From the NCBI GenBank assembly GCA_020049045.1, contig JAIFLN010000019.1, forward strand, positions 3,609 through 67,608: a stretch of 64,000 nucleotides of DNA. Direction: 5' to 3'. The DNA comes from Spirochaetota bacterium (GTDB taxonomy: Bacteria > Spirochaetota > Spirochaetia > JABEVK01). The notes beneath the pieces are model-generated. The model was given only the letters and a program-made list of their open reading frames with translations, ran no database searches and was not told the origin of the DNA. How positions within the stretch are numbered: the stretch's first letter is position 1; each line of letters begins with the position of its first letter. Below, one piece after another: positions 21,384 to 30,857 of the stretch. The position numbers and the translations under genes are program-made.

Positions 21384-21989
21384 TCACCAAGAGAGATTCC
21401 ATTCGGCCGGGGGTTGGACCCCCGCCAGTTCGGTAAGAGGTATCGAACGGACAGACGCGCTTTGGTTCGGCGGGGTGAAGGAGAAACTCCAGACAACCTG
21501 ACCCCAGAGGGCCGTCCACAGTTTTCTGGTCTCGGCATCGGCAGCCGTGATTCTCGGAACCTGCGGTGCAAACACCAGATTCCAGGTACCCTGAGTGTTT
21601 TGAAGCAAAGTCAGCTTCTGCTTAAAAACGATAAAGAGGGTTTCGAGCCCACGGGAAGTAGAAAAACCCAGGAGCGTCTTGGAGCGAAACCCAAGGTCCT
21701 CATCCGTACCAGACCATGAAATGAGAGTTGAACCCGGAGCCTGATCGACAATAGCCTGCCATTCAGCCCTGGTGGAAGGGAAGGAAATCCGGTCCGAACC
21801 TTCCACAAAATGAATGCCCTGTGCCATACGATACGCGAGAGCATCTACCTGAATTTGCCCTGCCGATGAGGTCCGAAAATCTACTTTGACAGCCAGTTCG
21901 AGACAGGAAGTTAGCAGAGGAACAAGAGCAAGACCCAACGCGAGGCGGAGTACTGATTTATAACTGAACCACGGTTTTACCAAAGCCAC
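21384..21989 (-). CDS. Hypothetical lipoprotein
   Basis: 201 aa; signal peptide ending in the lipobox-like LLTSC. Confidence 0.4.
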   Translation of the reverse strand: MALVKPWFSYKSVLRLALGLALVPLLTSCLELAVKVDFRTSSAGQIQVDALAYRMAQGIHFVEGSDRISFPSTRAEWQAIVDQAPGSTLISWSGTDEDLGFRSKTLLGFSTSRGLETLFIVFKQKLTLLQNTQGTWNLVFAPQVPRITAADAETRKLWTALWGQVVWSFSFTPPNQSASVRSIPLTELAGVQPPAEWNLSW

Positions 21990-24357
21990 CCTCCTCCGGA
22001 TGGGAAAAGAAAAACTTCCTCACCTCTCTCCTTTGCCTTAAATAGTCCTGAATACCCTTCTGCAAAACACCTTCGCCCAAACCATGGACAATACTGAATT
22101 CATTCAAACCTGCTAACAGCGCCCGGTCAACCTGCTTTTCCACAGCTTGGAGCGCTTCTTCCAGACGGAAACCCCGCAAATCCAGGCTAAATACAGGAGG
22201 TTCATCGGGAGTAAACGAGGTGGTGTGGACCTCTGCCTTCCTTTTTCCTAAAGGTTGCACCTGCACCACCCGCATTTTCGACTCTTCCAGTGTCATTTTC
22301 ACGGCTCCCAGTGCCACTACCCAGCGGCCCTTCCCGGCTTTCCGAACCAGGGTACCCCTCCGGTTGCCCGGTTCCACATAGACATCCCTGCCCTCAAGAA
22401 ATCCTAAAATCGGACTCCCTGCCGGCATCGCTGGTTCTGGCGGCGATTCAACCTGCGAAAGTTCCCGTTCCTCGGCTTCAAGCTGCCGTTTCTGTTCCTC
22501 AAGCGACACTCCGGTGGAAGCTAGATACGCTCGGACTTCTTTGATTCGCTCGGTGGTCAGCTGCCCTTCGCGTATGTCTTGTACCAGCCGCTCAAATGTC
22601 CGGCGGCTCTCCGCCAGAAACCGGTTCATCTCACCCAGCCCCGCCTGTTTGAGCTCAGCCTCTCTCTGGCGCAATTTTAAACGGAGAAGATCGGTCTTCC
22701 TTCGTTCCTCTCGGAAGTCGTGTTCTTTAGCAGCGATCTCTTCCTCACGGGATTTGAGCTCAAGTTGTTTGTCACGAAGGGTCTTGATCACCGAGGCCAC
22801 ATCGGTCTCGCCACCTTCCAGAATCTTGCGGGCCCTGGCCACCAGCTCGTCGGGAATTCCCACCCTGGCGGCGGTTTCGAGAGCATGACTGGGACCGGGA
22901 ACATCGGGGAGGATGCGATAGGTTGGTCGACCTGATTGGTCATCGAACTCAACGGCGGCATTGCGGACACCGGGGCGCGTATAGGCGTAGTTCTTCAGAG
23001 CTCCGTGGTGGGTGGTACCGAAAACGGTAACTCCGGTCTCGAGAAACTGATCGAGAAAACTCATTCCCAAGGCACCACCCTCCAAAGGGTCTGTGCCGCT
23101 TGCCATTTCGTCCAACAGAACCAGCGACCGCGAGGTCGCGGACTCGAAGATTTCCGCCATCCTCTTCATGTGGCTGCTGAAGGTGGAAAGCGCCTGGTCC
23201 AGGCTTTGGTGGTCGCCGATGTCCGTCCAGACACCATCCCACACGGGAAGAACGGTCTCGGGAGCGGCAGGGATAGGGAGTCCAAACTGGTGGAGAAGAC
23301 TGAGCAAACCGACAGTTTTGAGACTGACGGTCTTTCCGCCGGTATTGGGGCCTGATAAAAGCAAAACGGCCGTCTTTTCAGGGACCCGCAGGTCGATGGG
23401 GACTGCAGCCGTACCCAGCAAGGGGTGTCTGGCCTGGAGCAGCGCCCAGGGCTGCCCTGCCATGCCCGTATGCACAAAGTTCCCTCTGACACTATAGCCC
23501 CAACGGGCCCGCCCCCACAGCATATCCAATCGCGTCAGATTTTCCATAAGGACTCGCAATTCAGCCCGATGCTCCCTCACTTTTGAGGTCAGCTCCTTGA
23601 AGAGCTTGAGCAACTCAGCCCGCCACGCCGAATGGTTTTCGGCAAGACGGTTGTTCTTTTCGACCAACTCATAAGGTTCGACAAACAGGGTTTGACCCGA
23701 GGCGGAGGCTTCATGGACGACGGCACCAACCCGGCCCTTAAAGTTGGCCTTGAGGGCCAGCATTGTCCGCCCATCCTTTTGGGTTGCTGTCGTATCCTGC
23801 CAGAATTCCCGCTGATCGCTGTCGCGCAGAAACGATTTTGCGGTCTGGTCAATCTCGGCCCGGCTGCGGGAGATCTCGCCTCGTATTTGAACAAGAGCGG
23901 GTACGTGATCCTCAATGACCGCGCCATCAACATCCAGCACCCTGTGAAGCTGTTGTGCCAGGACTGAAAAGTCTCCCAGCCGCAAGGACCATAGTTTCAG
24001 GCTATCCAGTTCGCTGGCCGCAAGGAAACGTTTCCAAGCGGCGGCAGAGGTCAGGTAACGTGCCAGAGCTTTTAATTCCTTACCGTCCAGGCTGGAACCT
24101 TCGGGACCGCAACGCTCCAAAGACCTCTCAACGGGAGGAAAATCAGAGACTGGCACCTCACCGGAGCGGACCAGCAAATTGAGCCAAGGCTTGACCTCGG
24201 CCTTCAGCTCACCCAAAAGAGAAAGGTCGGTCAGAACCGGTTCCAAAAGCAGGCGGTCGCGGCCTTCCCCCGTCATGCAGAAACCTGCGACTTGGTTTAG
24301 AATCCGGGAAAACTCAAGAGTCTCGGTGGTGGTTTGGTCAATAGGGTTCAGGTCCAT
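21958..24357 (-). CDS. mutS2: Endonuclease MutS2 (MutS domain ATPase plus C-terminal Smr domain)
   Basis: Walker A GPNTGGKT and a C-terminal Smr motif (LDLRGFRLEEALQAVEKQVD...IVHGLGEGVL). The ORF track begins 46 codons upstream (24495). Start MDLNPIDQ at 24357 avoids overlap with rsgA. Confidence 0.8.
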   Translation of the reverse strand: MDLNPIDQTTTETLEFSRILNQVAGFCMTGEGRDRLLLEPVLTDLSLLGELKAEVKPWLNLLVRSGEVPVSDFPPVERSLERCGPEGSSLDGKELKALARYLTSAAAWKRFLAASELDSLKLWSLRLGDFSVLAQQLHRVLDVDGAVIEDHVPALVQIRGEISRSRAEIDQTAKSFLRDSDQREFWQDTTATQKDGRTMLALKANFKGRVGAVVHEASASGQTLFVEPYELVEKNNRLAENHSAWRAELLKLFKELTSKVREHRAELRVLMENLTRLDMLWGRARWGYSVRGNFVHTGMAGQPWALLQARHPLLGTAAVPIDLRVPEKTAVLLLSGPNTGGKTVSLKTVGLLSLLHQFGLPIPAAPETVLPVWDGVWTDIGDHQSLDQALSTFSSHMKRMAEIFESATSRSLVLLDEMASGTDPLEGGALGMSFLDQFLETGVTVFGTTHHGALKNYAYTRPGVRNAAVEFDDQSGRPTYRILPDVPGPSHALETAARVGIPDELVARARKILEGGETDVASVIKTLRDKQLELKSREEEIAAKEHDFREERRKTDLLRLKLRQREAELKQAGLGEMNRFLAESRRTFERLVQDIREGQLTTERIKEVRAYLASTGVSLEEQKRQLEAEERELSQVESPPEPAMPAGSPILGFLEGRDVYVEPGNRRGTLVRKAGKGRWVVALGAVKMTLEESKMRVVQVQPLGKRKAEVHTTSFTPDEPPVFSLDLRGFRLEEALQAVEKQVDRALLAGLNEFSIVHGLGEGVLQKGIQDYLRQRREVRKFFFSHPEEGGFGKTVVQL

Positions 24358-25232
24358 CGGGTGTTGCTCTCTTTGAGTTCTAGAAACAGTTTCTGATAGC
24401 TGTCCCAACGGTCGGGATGGATCTCGCCGGATTCGAGGGCCTTGAGCACCGCGCAACCGGGTTCTTGTAGATGCGTGCACACCGAGAAAGCGCATTGGCC
24501 CAGGTAGGGTTGGAAGTCGGGAAACTGAAAAGCCAGCTGTGCGGGTTCAATTCCAAAAACCTCGAGTTCACGTACCCCTGGAGTGTCGATGACACCACCA
24601 CCCCCTTCAGCCCAAGGTAAAAAGAGAGAAAAGTTCGTTGTGTGATTGCCCCGGTTGTACTTCGCGTTCAGCTCACCAATTCGTTGCCGGCTTCCTTCGT
24701 GCAGAACATTGAGAAGGCTGGATTTGCCAACACCCGACTGGCCTACGAGAGCACAGGTGAGCCCAGACAAGTGTTCCTTCAGCTCCTGAATACCCTCTCC
24801 CGTCACTACGGAGCACAGATGGACATCCCAATCAAGATCCTGAAAGGTAGCCAGTCGGTCCTCAGCCTCCTCCGAAAGTTTCTGATCACACTTGTTTACC
24901 AGAATAAGTGTTGGAAGGTCTTCTCTATGAGCCATCAGGAGAGCCCGGTCAAGGAACCGGGGACGGAAGGGAGGAGAGTCGGGGCTGGTGACCAGAACCA
25001 GCAGATCAAGATTGGCCGCCAAGCTCTGAGGGCACCGGCGCTTTTTGTTCCAGCGGCTGTAGGCATTCTTTCGTTTCAACCGTGCCAAGATCATGGCTTT
25101 GCCTGGGTTGCCGGGGTCTAGTTCGATTTCAACACGGTCGCCCGGCGACAAGGGGTTATAGACATCTTCAACATCTTTGAGGACCTTGCCCTTGAGCCGA
25201 CACTCAACCGGCCCCCCGTCGTCGGGTTGCAC
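24348..25232 (-). CDS. rsgA: Ribosome small-subunit-dependent GTPase A
   Basis: 294 aa. N-terminal OB fold. Circularly permuted GTPase (NKCD..., LVGQSGVGKSSLLN). C-terminal zinc knuckle (CAFSVCTHLQEPGCAV). Confidence 0.85.
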   Translation of the reverse strand: MQPDDGGPVECRLKGKVLKDVEDVYNPLSPGDRVEIELDPGNPGKAMILARLKRKNAYSRWNKKRRCPQSLAANLDLLVLVTSPDSPPFRPRFLDRALLMAHREDLPTLILVNKCDQKLSEEAEDRLATFQDLDWDVHLCSVVTGEGIQELKEHLSGLTCALVGQSGVGKSSLLNVLHEGSRQRIGELNAKYNRGNHTTNFSLFLPWAEGGGGVIDTPGVRELEVFGIEPAQLAFQFPDFQPYLGQCAFSVCTHLQEPGCAVLKALESGEIHPDRWDSYQKLFLELKESNTRWT

Positions 25233-26056
25233 TGGACCTTTGCAGAAACGAACCAGGGTCCTGCATAGGTGAGGTTAAATTGGCAAGCCCATTCCTTGTA
25301 CCGCAACTCCAGTTCTGCGACACGGCTGTCGGTCCATTCAGTTCGGGCTGTGAAATGCAGCAGGTCTGGCCCCTGACGGCAGTCAGCCAGAAGGTTTTTA
25401 TCTTTCAAGACCCTGCCGACCTGCCGTCCTACCCCGTGCCGGCTGTCAACCACGGTCACTCCTGGACCCAAGTGGCGCTCCAGATCTTTGGCCAAGTGCA
25501 AATAGTGTGTGCATCCTAGAACCACGGCATCAACATGGTCGGACTTCAGGCGCGATGCCCAAGATGCAAGGAGTTCCTCTTTATCCCGCTCAGGCGCCCC
25601 TTCCTCCACCAACTTGACCAAATCCGGGGCAGCATAACCCTTCACCTTCCGCTTTGGAGCAAACTCAGCTACCAGAGTTTCCCAATAGTCATTTTCAACT
25701 GTTCTAGGAGTCGCAAGGACTGCCAGCGTTCCGCTGCCCAAAGCTGCCGCGGTTTTCACAGCCGGAACAACTCCGACCACAGGCAGCGGCAGGGCTTCAC
25801 GGAGTGCCTCGAGGGCTAGAACAGAAGCTGTATTGCAAGCAACCAGCAGGAGTTTGGGCTGGTAGCGTTCGACGAGAGCCAGTCCCAGGCTTACCACTGC
25901 CGAGCGGACCTGATCTGGAGTCTTCTCACCATAGGGAAAGTTTGCAGCATCGGCAATGTAGACCAAGTTTTCCTGGGGCAGGTTGTTCTGCAGCCAGGAA
26001 AGGTAGGGAAGACCGCCGATCCCCGAATCGAGGACGGCTACCGGACGGGTCATCAT
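25118..26056 (-). CDS. murI: Glutamate racemase with about 45-aa C-terminal extension
   Basis: VLDSGIGGLPY, ...ACNTAS and ...LGCTHY motifs. The ORF continues past the usual MurI C-terminus and overlaps rsgA by about 115 bp. Confidence 0.8.
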   Translation of the reverse strand: MMTRPVAVLDSGIGGLPYLSWLQNNLPQENLVYIADAANFPYGEKTPDQVRSAVVSLGLALVERYQPKLLLVACNTASVLALEALREALPLPVVGVVPAVKTAAALGSGTLAVLATPRTVENDYWETLVAEFAPKRKVKGYAAPDLVKLVEEGAPERDKEELLASWASRLKSDHVDAVVLGCTHYLHLAKDLERHLGPGVTVVDSRHGVGRQVGRVLKDKNLLADCRQGPDLLHFTARTEWTDSRVAELELRYKEWACQFNLTYAGPWFVSAKVQCNPTTGGRLSVGSRARSSKMLKMSITPCRRATVLKSN

Positions 26057-26120
26057 AGGGGCCAGTGTACGGCATTTTTTCTCCCTTGTAAAACCAGGGG
26101 TTTACCCTTAAATTGATGAT

Positions 26121-27614
26121 ATGTTTGCTAATCCATTAATGGACGGGCTTCAGTTCGCCAAAGAACCGGCCCCCTTCGTCATCACCATTTTCGGTGCTAC
26201 GGGTGATTTGACCCGAAAAAAACTGATTCCTGCGCTTTTTTCCTTATTTCTGAAAGGCAATGCATCGCAGTTCAAGGTTATCGGTTTTGCCAGGCGTCCG
26301 TGGACCAAAGAAAGTTTCCAGAAAGAAGCCCTCAGCATGCTTTCGGGCAGCCATTTCAGCCATATTCCGGAAGGACAGAAAAAAGCCTTTTTGGAAAAGT
26401 TGGACTATGTCAGTTCCACGTTTGATGATGCTGCGGGGTATGCCCGATTGGCAGAACTCGTGAAACCATGGGAAGGAAAACTCTTTTATCTTTCTACTCC
26501 TCCTGACGAATATGAACCCATTATCCGCAACCTCGGTGGCGTCGGTTTAAACAAGGTAGATTCCGGCTGGAGCCGAGTGATCGTAGAAAAGCCTTTCGGG
26601 CGCGATCTGGCTACGGCGAAAGAGCTTAACGAGATTCTTTCCAGCCAGTTTGAGGAACACCAGATTTACCGGATTGATCATTACTTGGGCAAGGAGACCG
26701 TACAGAATATCCTTGTGCTTCGTTTTGGCAACGGTATCTTCGAGCCCCTCTGGAACAGCCGGTATATTGATAACATCCAGATAACGGTTGCTGAGTCTAT
26801 CGGCGTTGGAACCAGGGGCAACTATTACGAAAAATCTGGCACCCTGCGGGACATGGTCCAGAACCACATCTTTCAATTGATGACGTTGCTTTTGATGGAA
26901 CCTCCCAACGACTTGAGCCCGGATACTGTCCGAACGGAAAAGGTGAAGGTGCTCAAGAGTTTGAGGCCAATCACGTATAAGGATATCAAAAACTACACCG
27001 TCAGAGGGCAGTATGCGGCGGGTGTGGTCGATGGGAAACCGGTTCAGGGGTATCTTCAAGAAGAGGGCGTTGCCAAGGATTCGAAAACTGAGACCTTTGT
27101 GGCATTGCAGGTCCATGTTGATACATGGCGATGGGAGGGTGTGCCGATTTTCATCCGCACGGGCAAGGGGTTAGGAAGAAAAGTCAGTGAGGTGGCTGTC
27201 ACGTTCAAGCAGCCCCCTCTGCAAGTCTTCCGAAATCAGGCTACCGATGGAGGTCAGAACCAACTGGTTCTGCACATCCAACCCGAGGAGGGCTTCACCT
27301 TCCATATCAATGCCAAGATTCCGGGGTACACCACTCAGGTGCGGCCGGTCAATATGGATTTCGCCTATGGAGATGCCTTTGGTGAGTCAACTCCTGAAGC
27401 CTACGAAAGGCTGATTCTCGATGCTCTGGTCGGTGATTCAACCCTTTACACCCGGAGAGATGAGATCGAGGCCAGCTGGTCTTTCATCACCCGCATTCTG
27501 CAAGGTTGGGCACTCGATACGGACCCCCTTCCCCAATACAGAGCAGGAAGTGCCGGACCGGAAGAGGCAAAGGCCCTGCCTGCCTCGATCGATCAGAAGT
27601 GGAGAAAACTATGA
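26121..27614 (+). CDS. zwf: Glucose-6-phosphate 1-dehydrogenase
   Basis: 497 aa; GATGDLTRKKL NADP motif, RIDHYLGKE active site, EKPFG. Confidence 0.9.
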   Translation: MFANPLMDGLQFAKEPAPFVITIFGATGDLTRKKLIPALFSLFLKGNASQFKVIGFARRPWTKESFQKEALSMLSGSHFSHIPEGQKKAFLEKLDYVSSTFDDAAGYARLAELVKPWEGKLFYLSTPPDEYEPIIRNLGGVGLNKVDSGWSRVIVEKPFGRDLATAKELNEILSSQFEEHQIYRIDHYLGKETVQNILVLRFGNGIFEPLWNSRYIDNIQITVAESIGVGTRGNYYEKSGTLRDMVQNHIFQLMTLLLMEPPNDLSPDTVRTEKVKVLKSLRPITYKDIKNYTVRGQYAAGVVDGKPVQGYLQEEGVAKDSKTETFVALQVHVDTWRWEGVPIFIRTGKGLGRKVSEVAVTFKQPPLQVFRNQATDGGQNQLVLHIQPEEGFTFHINAKIPGYTTQVRPVNMDFAYGDAFGESTPEAYERLILDALVGDSTLYTRRDEIEASWSFITRILQGWALDTDPLPQYRAGSAGPEEAKALPASIDQKWRKL

Positions 27615-28597
27615 AAAGCTACGCCGATCCCTTGGCCGTAGAACAGCAGCTGCGAAGGATTCAGCAGGAGGTTTCTCCCAACGAAGCGCGTACCAACCTG
27701 TTCAACCTTGTCGTCTATATCGATGGTCACGACGAAGTTCAGCTGATGGATGCGCTGAATTACCTCCATGGAAAGCGTCCTGCCAGGGTCATTGTGGTGC
27801 GTCGCAACGCGGGGGGGGAAACCCGTACCGATGTCACGGCCCGCTGTGTAACCGACAAGGACGATAAAGTCCTATGCATTCAGGAAATCCTGATAAGCTC
27901 TGGAGATGATGGTGCCGGGGAGGTTCCGGAGACCTGGACCCCCCTCTTGATCCGAGAGATTCCTGTCTTTGTCTGGTGGCTCTCTTCTCTGGACAAGGCT
28001 CCCCTTCCGGAATTGTTCGACGACATTGCCGACCGAGTGTTTATCGACTCATCTTTGGCAGACAACGGATTGGAATTACTGGCAAACCTTGCTGCCCGTC
28101 ACTCTGGATTCAAGACACCAGTGACAGATTTCTCATGGTCCAGAGTCGCTCCCCTGCTTAAGCTGACGGCCCATGCCTTCAACGCGGCGGAACAGCGACC
28201 CTTGCTTGCCGAACTGGCTTCAGTGACAACCGAGGGTGGCCAGCCGGCTGAGGTGGCTCTGTATTTCCAGTGGCTCAAGACAAAGCTGGCCTGGAGTGGT
28301 TCGTGTTGCCAAGCAGGAAAACCTTGGTCCCTCACCGATGAATCGGGCCTGCCCGTTGCCCTGTTGCACAAGGCACCTGCTCCCCTGGAAAAAGGCTTTT
28401 TTGTCACTTTTCAAACCCGGTCGGGTATGGTTTTTCGACTTCGGGACAGCCACCAGGGATTTGCCGTGGTCGATGGCTCAGGATTAGCCGAGTACACTTC
28501 TGTTTTCCGTTATCGAAACACGGGAGAAACCCTTCTCACGGAAGTTGATCGGAATGCTTCAGACAGGCTGTTTCTGGAGCTGCTGAGCCGGTGGTGA
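27611..28597 (+). CDS. opcA: OpcA-like glucose-6-phosphate dehydrogenase assembly protein (putative)
   Basis: About 328 aa beginning MKSYADPLAVEQQLRRIQ. The ATG overlaps the zwf stop (ATGA). Call rests on position immediately after zwf and on size, as in cyanobacterial/actinobacterial zwf-opcA pairs. The ORF track shows a spurious upstream extension from 27506. Confidence 0.5.
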   Translation: MKSYADPLAVEQQLRRIQQEVSPNEARTNLFNLVVYIDGHDEVQLMDALNYLHGKRPARVIVVRRNAGGETRTDVTARCVTDKDDKVLCIQEILISSGDDGAGEVPETWTPLLIREIPVFVWWLSSLDKAPLPELFDDIADRVFIDSSLADNGLELLANLAARHSGFKTPVTDFSWSRVAPLLKLTAHAFNAAEQRPLLAELASVTTEGGQPAEVALYFQWLKTKLAWSGSCCQAGKPWSLTDESGLPVALLHKAPAPLEKGFFVTFQTRSGMVFRLRDSHQGFAVVDGSGLAEYTSVFRYRNTGETLLTEVDRNASDRLFLELLSRW

Positions 28598-29968
28598 CGG
28601 ATTCTTGGAGTAGGCAGCCGTTATAATCGATTTGCCATCGGGGGAAAGCCGGAAAACCTGTCCCTTGAGGGTCTTTGATAGGGTCAAAGAAGCATAGCCC
28701 ATCTCAATGACGGTACCTTCAAAGATTTTTGAGAGGACTCGGATTTCTGTTGCAGGATTGGCAAATAATTGCGGAGTTAACGTGTTCAGTTCTTCTATTA
28801 GAGCCTGAAGAGCAGTCAGCTGCTGTACCGAAGGTTCCTGTCCGGCTGCCTTCTGTTTGAGAACCTCTTGTTCCAGATGCTGATAACGCAACCTCAGGGA
28901 TTCCATTTTTCTCTGGATTACGAAGTCCGTACCGGAAATGACCCGGACGGTTCCGTTTTCTCCGCCTAGCTGCCCGCAGATGAGATTGCCTTTTACCCAG
29001 ATCGTGCTGGCAACTATTCTCCCTGTTTCTTCTAAAATCAAATCGGCATTGGTGAAGATTTCCGCATGAAGCATGGCTTTGGTGACATGAATACTTCCAA
29101 GGGCCTCCACGCGGCAATGTTCAATATACAGGGCTTTGATGGATCCGCCTGCCCGAACCAGGCCTGGTTTCTTTCCGATGATGCCACCTTCCACGAACAA
29201 GTCGCCATGACACATGACCTCAGAGGCATCGAGGGCACCCTTGACTGTAATGCCGGCACCCGCAGCCAGCCGGAACCCATCAGCAACGACACCTTTGACG
29301 ATGACAGTACCGGGAAAGGCGAGGTTTCCTGTTCCATAGCCAACACCGGCGTCCAACTCAAGAATATCCGAGACATCAAAAACGTCGCCTTCCAGAGTAA
29401 AGCGTCCGGCCGTACGGGCAAATACCCGGCCATGGGCAAAGAGCGTATGTGGTCCCGGTTTCAAGTGCTTGATATCCTTCTTCCCGGCCGATATCTCGTT
29501 ACCGTATATGGTCATCCCCGGTGCACCGGAACGGGGTAGGATGCCCCGGGCCAGCAGTTCACCTTTTTTGACAATCACAAAGGGTGAGAATTCCTTGAAA
29601 TCGACCTGAGCTCCCCCTTTGTCTTGAAAGTGATGGCTGTAGAACCTAGGCTCCAGTTTGAGAAAAGCCGGTCTTTCTGCAACAGGAAGTTTCCCTTGAG
29701 CTAGTACGATTCTCTCGGGGGAAGGGTGGCTGGTATTGAACCGGAACAAGGCATCCTGAATCTCCCTTTCCAACAGACAACTGCCAAGGCCGGAGGATGA
29801 AAGTGTTTCTGCAAAATCATTCCAAAGCAGCATCTTCCCATTAGGTTCGGTGGCACTGTAAAACGTGCCCCACGCTGTCATGGAGTCTTGAGAGACAGTC
29901 ACTTCAACCCTTGGTCCACCCTCAATCCCACCGAAGGAAAACAAGACAGGGCGTTCTTCGTCCGACAT
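28559..29968 (-). CDS. FapA-like / DUF342 family protein (flagellar-assembly-associated beta-helix protein)
   Basis: 469 aa. Central repetitive Gly/Val-rich beta-solenoid region (GxVxxxGxIxxxG-like repeats). C-terminal coiled coil (LRLRYQHLEQEVLKQK...LIEELNTL). Confidence 0.5.
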   Translation of the reverse strand: MSDEERPVLFSFGGIEGGPRVEVTVSQDSMTAWGTFYSATEPNGKMLLWNDFAETLSSSGLGSCLLEREIQDALFRFNTSHPSPERIVLAQGKLPVAERPAFLKLEPRFYSHHFQDKGGAQVDFKEFSPFVIVKKGELLARGILPRSGAPGMTIYGNEISAGKKDIKHLKPGPHTLFAHGRVFARTAGRFTLEGDVFDVSDILELDAGVGYGTGNLAFPGTVIVKGVVADGFRLAAGAGITVKGALDASEVMCHGDLFVEGGIIGKKPGLVRAGGSIKALYIEHCRVEALGSIHVTKAMLHAEIFTNADLILEETGRIVASTIWVKGNLICGQLGGENGTVRVISGTDFVIQRKMESLRLRYQHLEQEVLKQKAAGQEPSVQQLTALQALIEELNTLTPQLFANPATEIRVLSKIFEGTVIEMGYASLTLSKTLKGQVFRLSPDGKSIITAAYSKNPSPPAQQLQKQPV

Positions 29969-30014
29969 CAGCGGCCTCCTGTCAGGTATATCGGCATCTG
30001 CAAGGAGTCAAGTC

Positions 30015-30047
30015 AAAAAAAAAGACGGCTCAAGCGAGCCGTCTTTG
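30015..30047 (-). terminator. Rho-independent terminator downstream of the ferredoxin gene
   Basis: Minus strand: 8-bp GC-rich stem gacggcuc/gagccguc with a 4-nt loop, followed by U9. Confidence 0.55.
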
Positions 30048-30063
30048 CCGGAACCAAGGAAGC

Positions 30064-30231
30064 TTAGGCAGGAGAAATCGCGTCGGAAGGGCATTCGCTT
30101 TCGCAGGCGCCGCAATCGATGCAAGTATCAGGATTGATAGTATAGATGTCGCCTTCAGAAATTGCCTCAACGGGGCAGGCGGGCAAGCAAGCGCCGCAAG
30201 CTACGCAGGCATCGGAAATTTTATAAGCCAT
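30064..30231 (-). CDS. 2x[4Fe-4S] ferredoxin
   Basis: Two CxxCxxCxxxCP clusters ([24 protein letters not shown]). The ORF track extends to 30303, but [11 protein letters not shown] at about 30231 is preceded by AAAGGAGA. Confidence 0.8.
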   Translation of the reverse strand: MAYKISDACVACGACLPACPVEAISEGDIYTINPDTCIDCGACESECPSDAISPA

Positions 30232-30299
30232 AACGGTCTCCTTTGTCAGTGGTTGGCTTTTATTGTAACAGCATTCACAAAAAGAGGCAAGACAGGCGG

Positions 30300-30833
30300 T
30301 CAACGGGTTGGCAGCTTGCGTCTGACGACACGAAGACTACCCATGATGACAATTCCGGTGATGCGCACAGTTCCATCGACAGACTGGGCCTCTGGGTCAA
30401 TGGCACAATCACCCATGATGGGGTTCACTTCGACACGAACACGAACATCCGCCGGCACTTCAACCGTCAATTCCCCCATGATCACAACAACCTCGAGTGA
30501 CAAGTTCTCAGACCGGTCGTGATCCCGAAGATCTACCGTGGCCGAACCCATGATGGTGACCAAATCCGAGCGGAGCCCGAGATCAGAATAGTGAAAGTTC
30601 CTGCTGCTCAGAATGGTCGTCAGCGATGCCTTTTGCGTTATCAGGGTCTTACTTTCCGCTGTCACGGGTGAATCCAGCAGGTCTTCAACCAGGCTCTCCA
30701 ACTCGGCAGCAGAAGCGGCGTCGGCTAAGTGGCTCCGGCGCCAAGAGTGCTCCTCAGGTGTCAAATTCCCCGACCGCAACCCTTCGTCCAACAACTCACC
30801 AGTCTTTTGTCTCAGATCTTCCAAAACGGCCAT
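30300..30833 (-). CDS. DUF1707 (SHOCT-like) plus LiaF-like/toastrack C-terminal domain protein
   Basis: 177 aa. N-terminal [29 protein letters not shown] motif. C-terminal repetitive beta-strand segment ([37 protein letters not shown]). Confidence 0.45.
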   Translation of the reverse strand: MAVLEDLRQKTGELLDEGLRSGNLTPEEHSWRRSHLADAASAAELESLVEDLLDSPVTAESKTLITQKASLTTILSSRNFHYSDLGLRSDLVTIMGSATVDLRDHDRSENLSLEVVVIMGELTVEVPADVRVRVEVNPIMGDCAIDPEAQSVDGTVRITGIVIMGSLRVVRRKLPTR

Positions 30834-30857
30834 GGTTCCCTCCAGAGGTAGTGTAAC

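Noticed and set aside
27506-27610. Upstream extension of the opcA-like ORF (MGTRYGPPSPIQ...) overlapping the zwf 3' end
   Set aside because: It overlaps 105 bp of zwf in another frame. ATG at 27611 gives the classic ATGA coupling, and the protein then starts with a plausible MKSYADPL.
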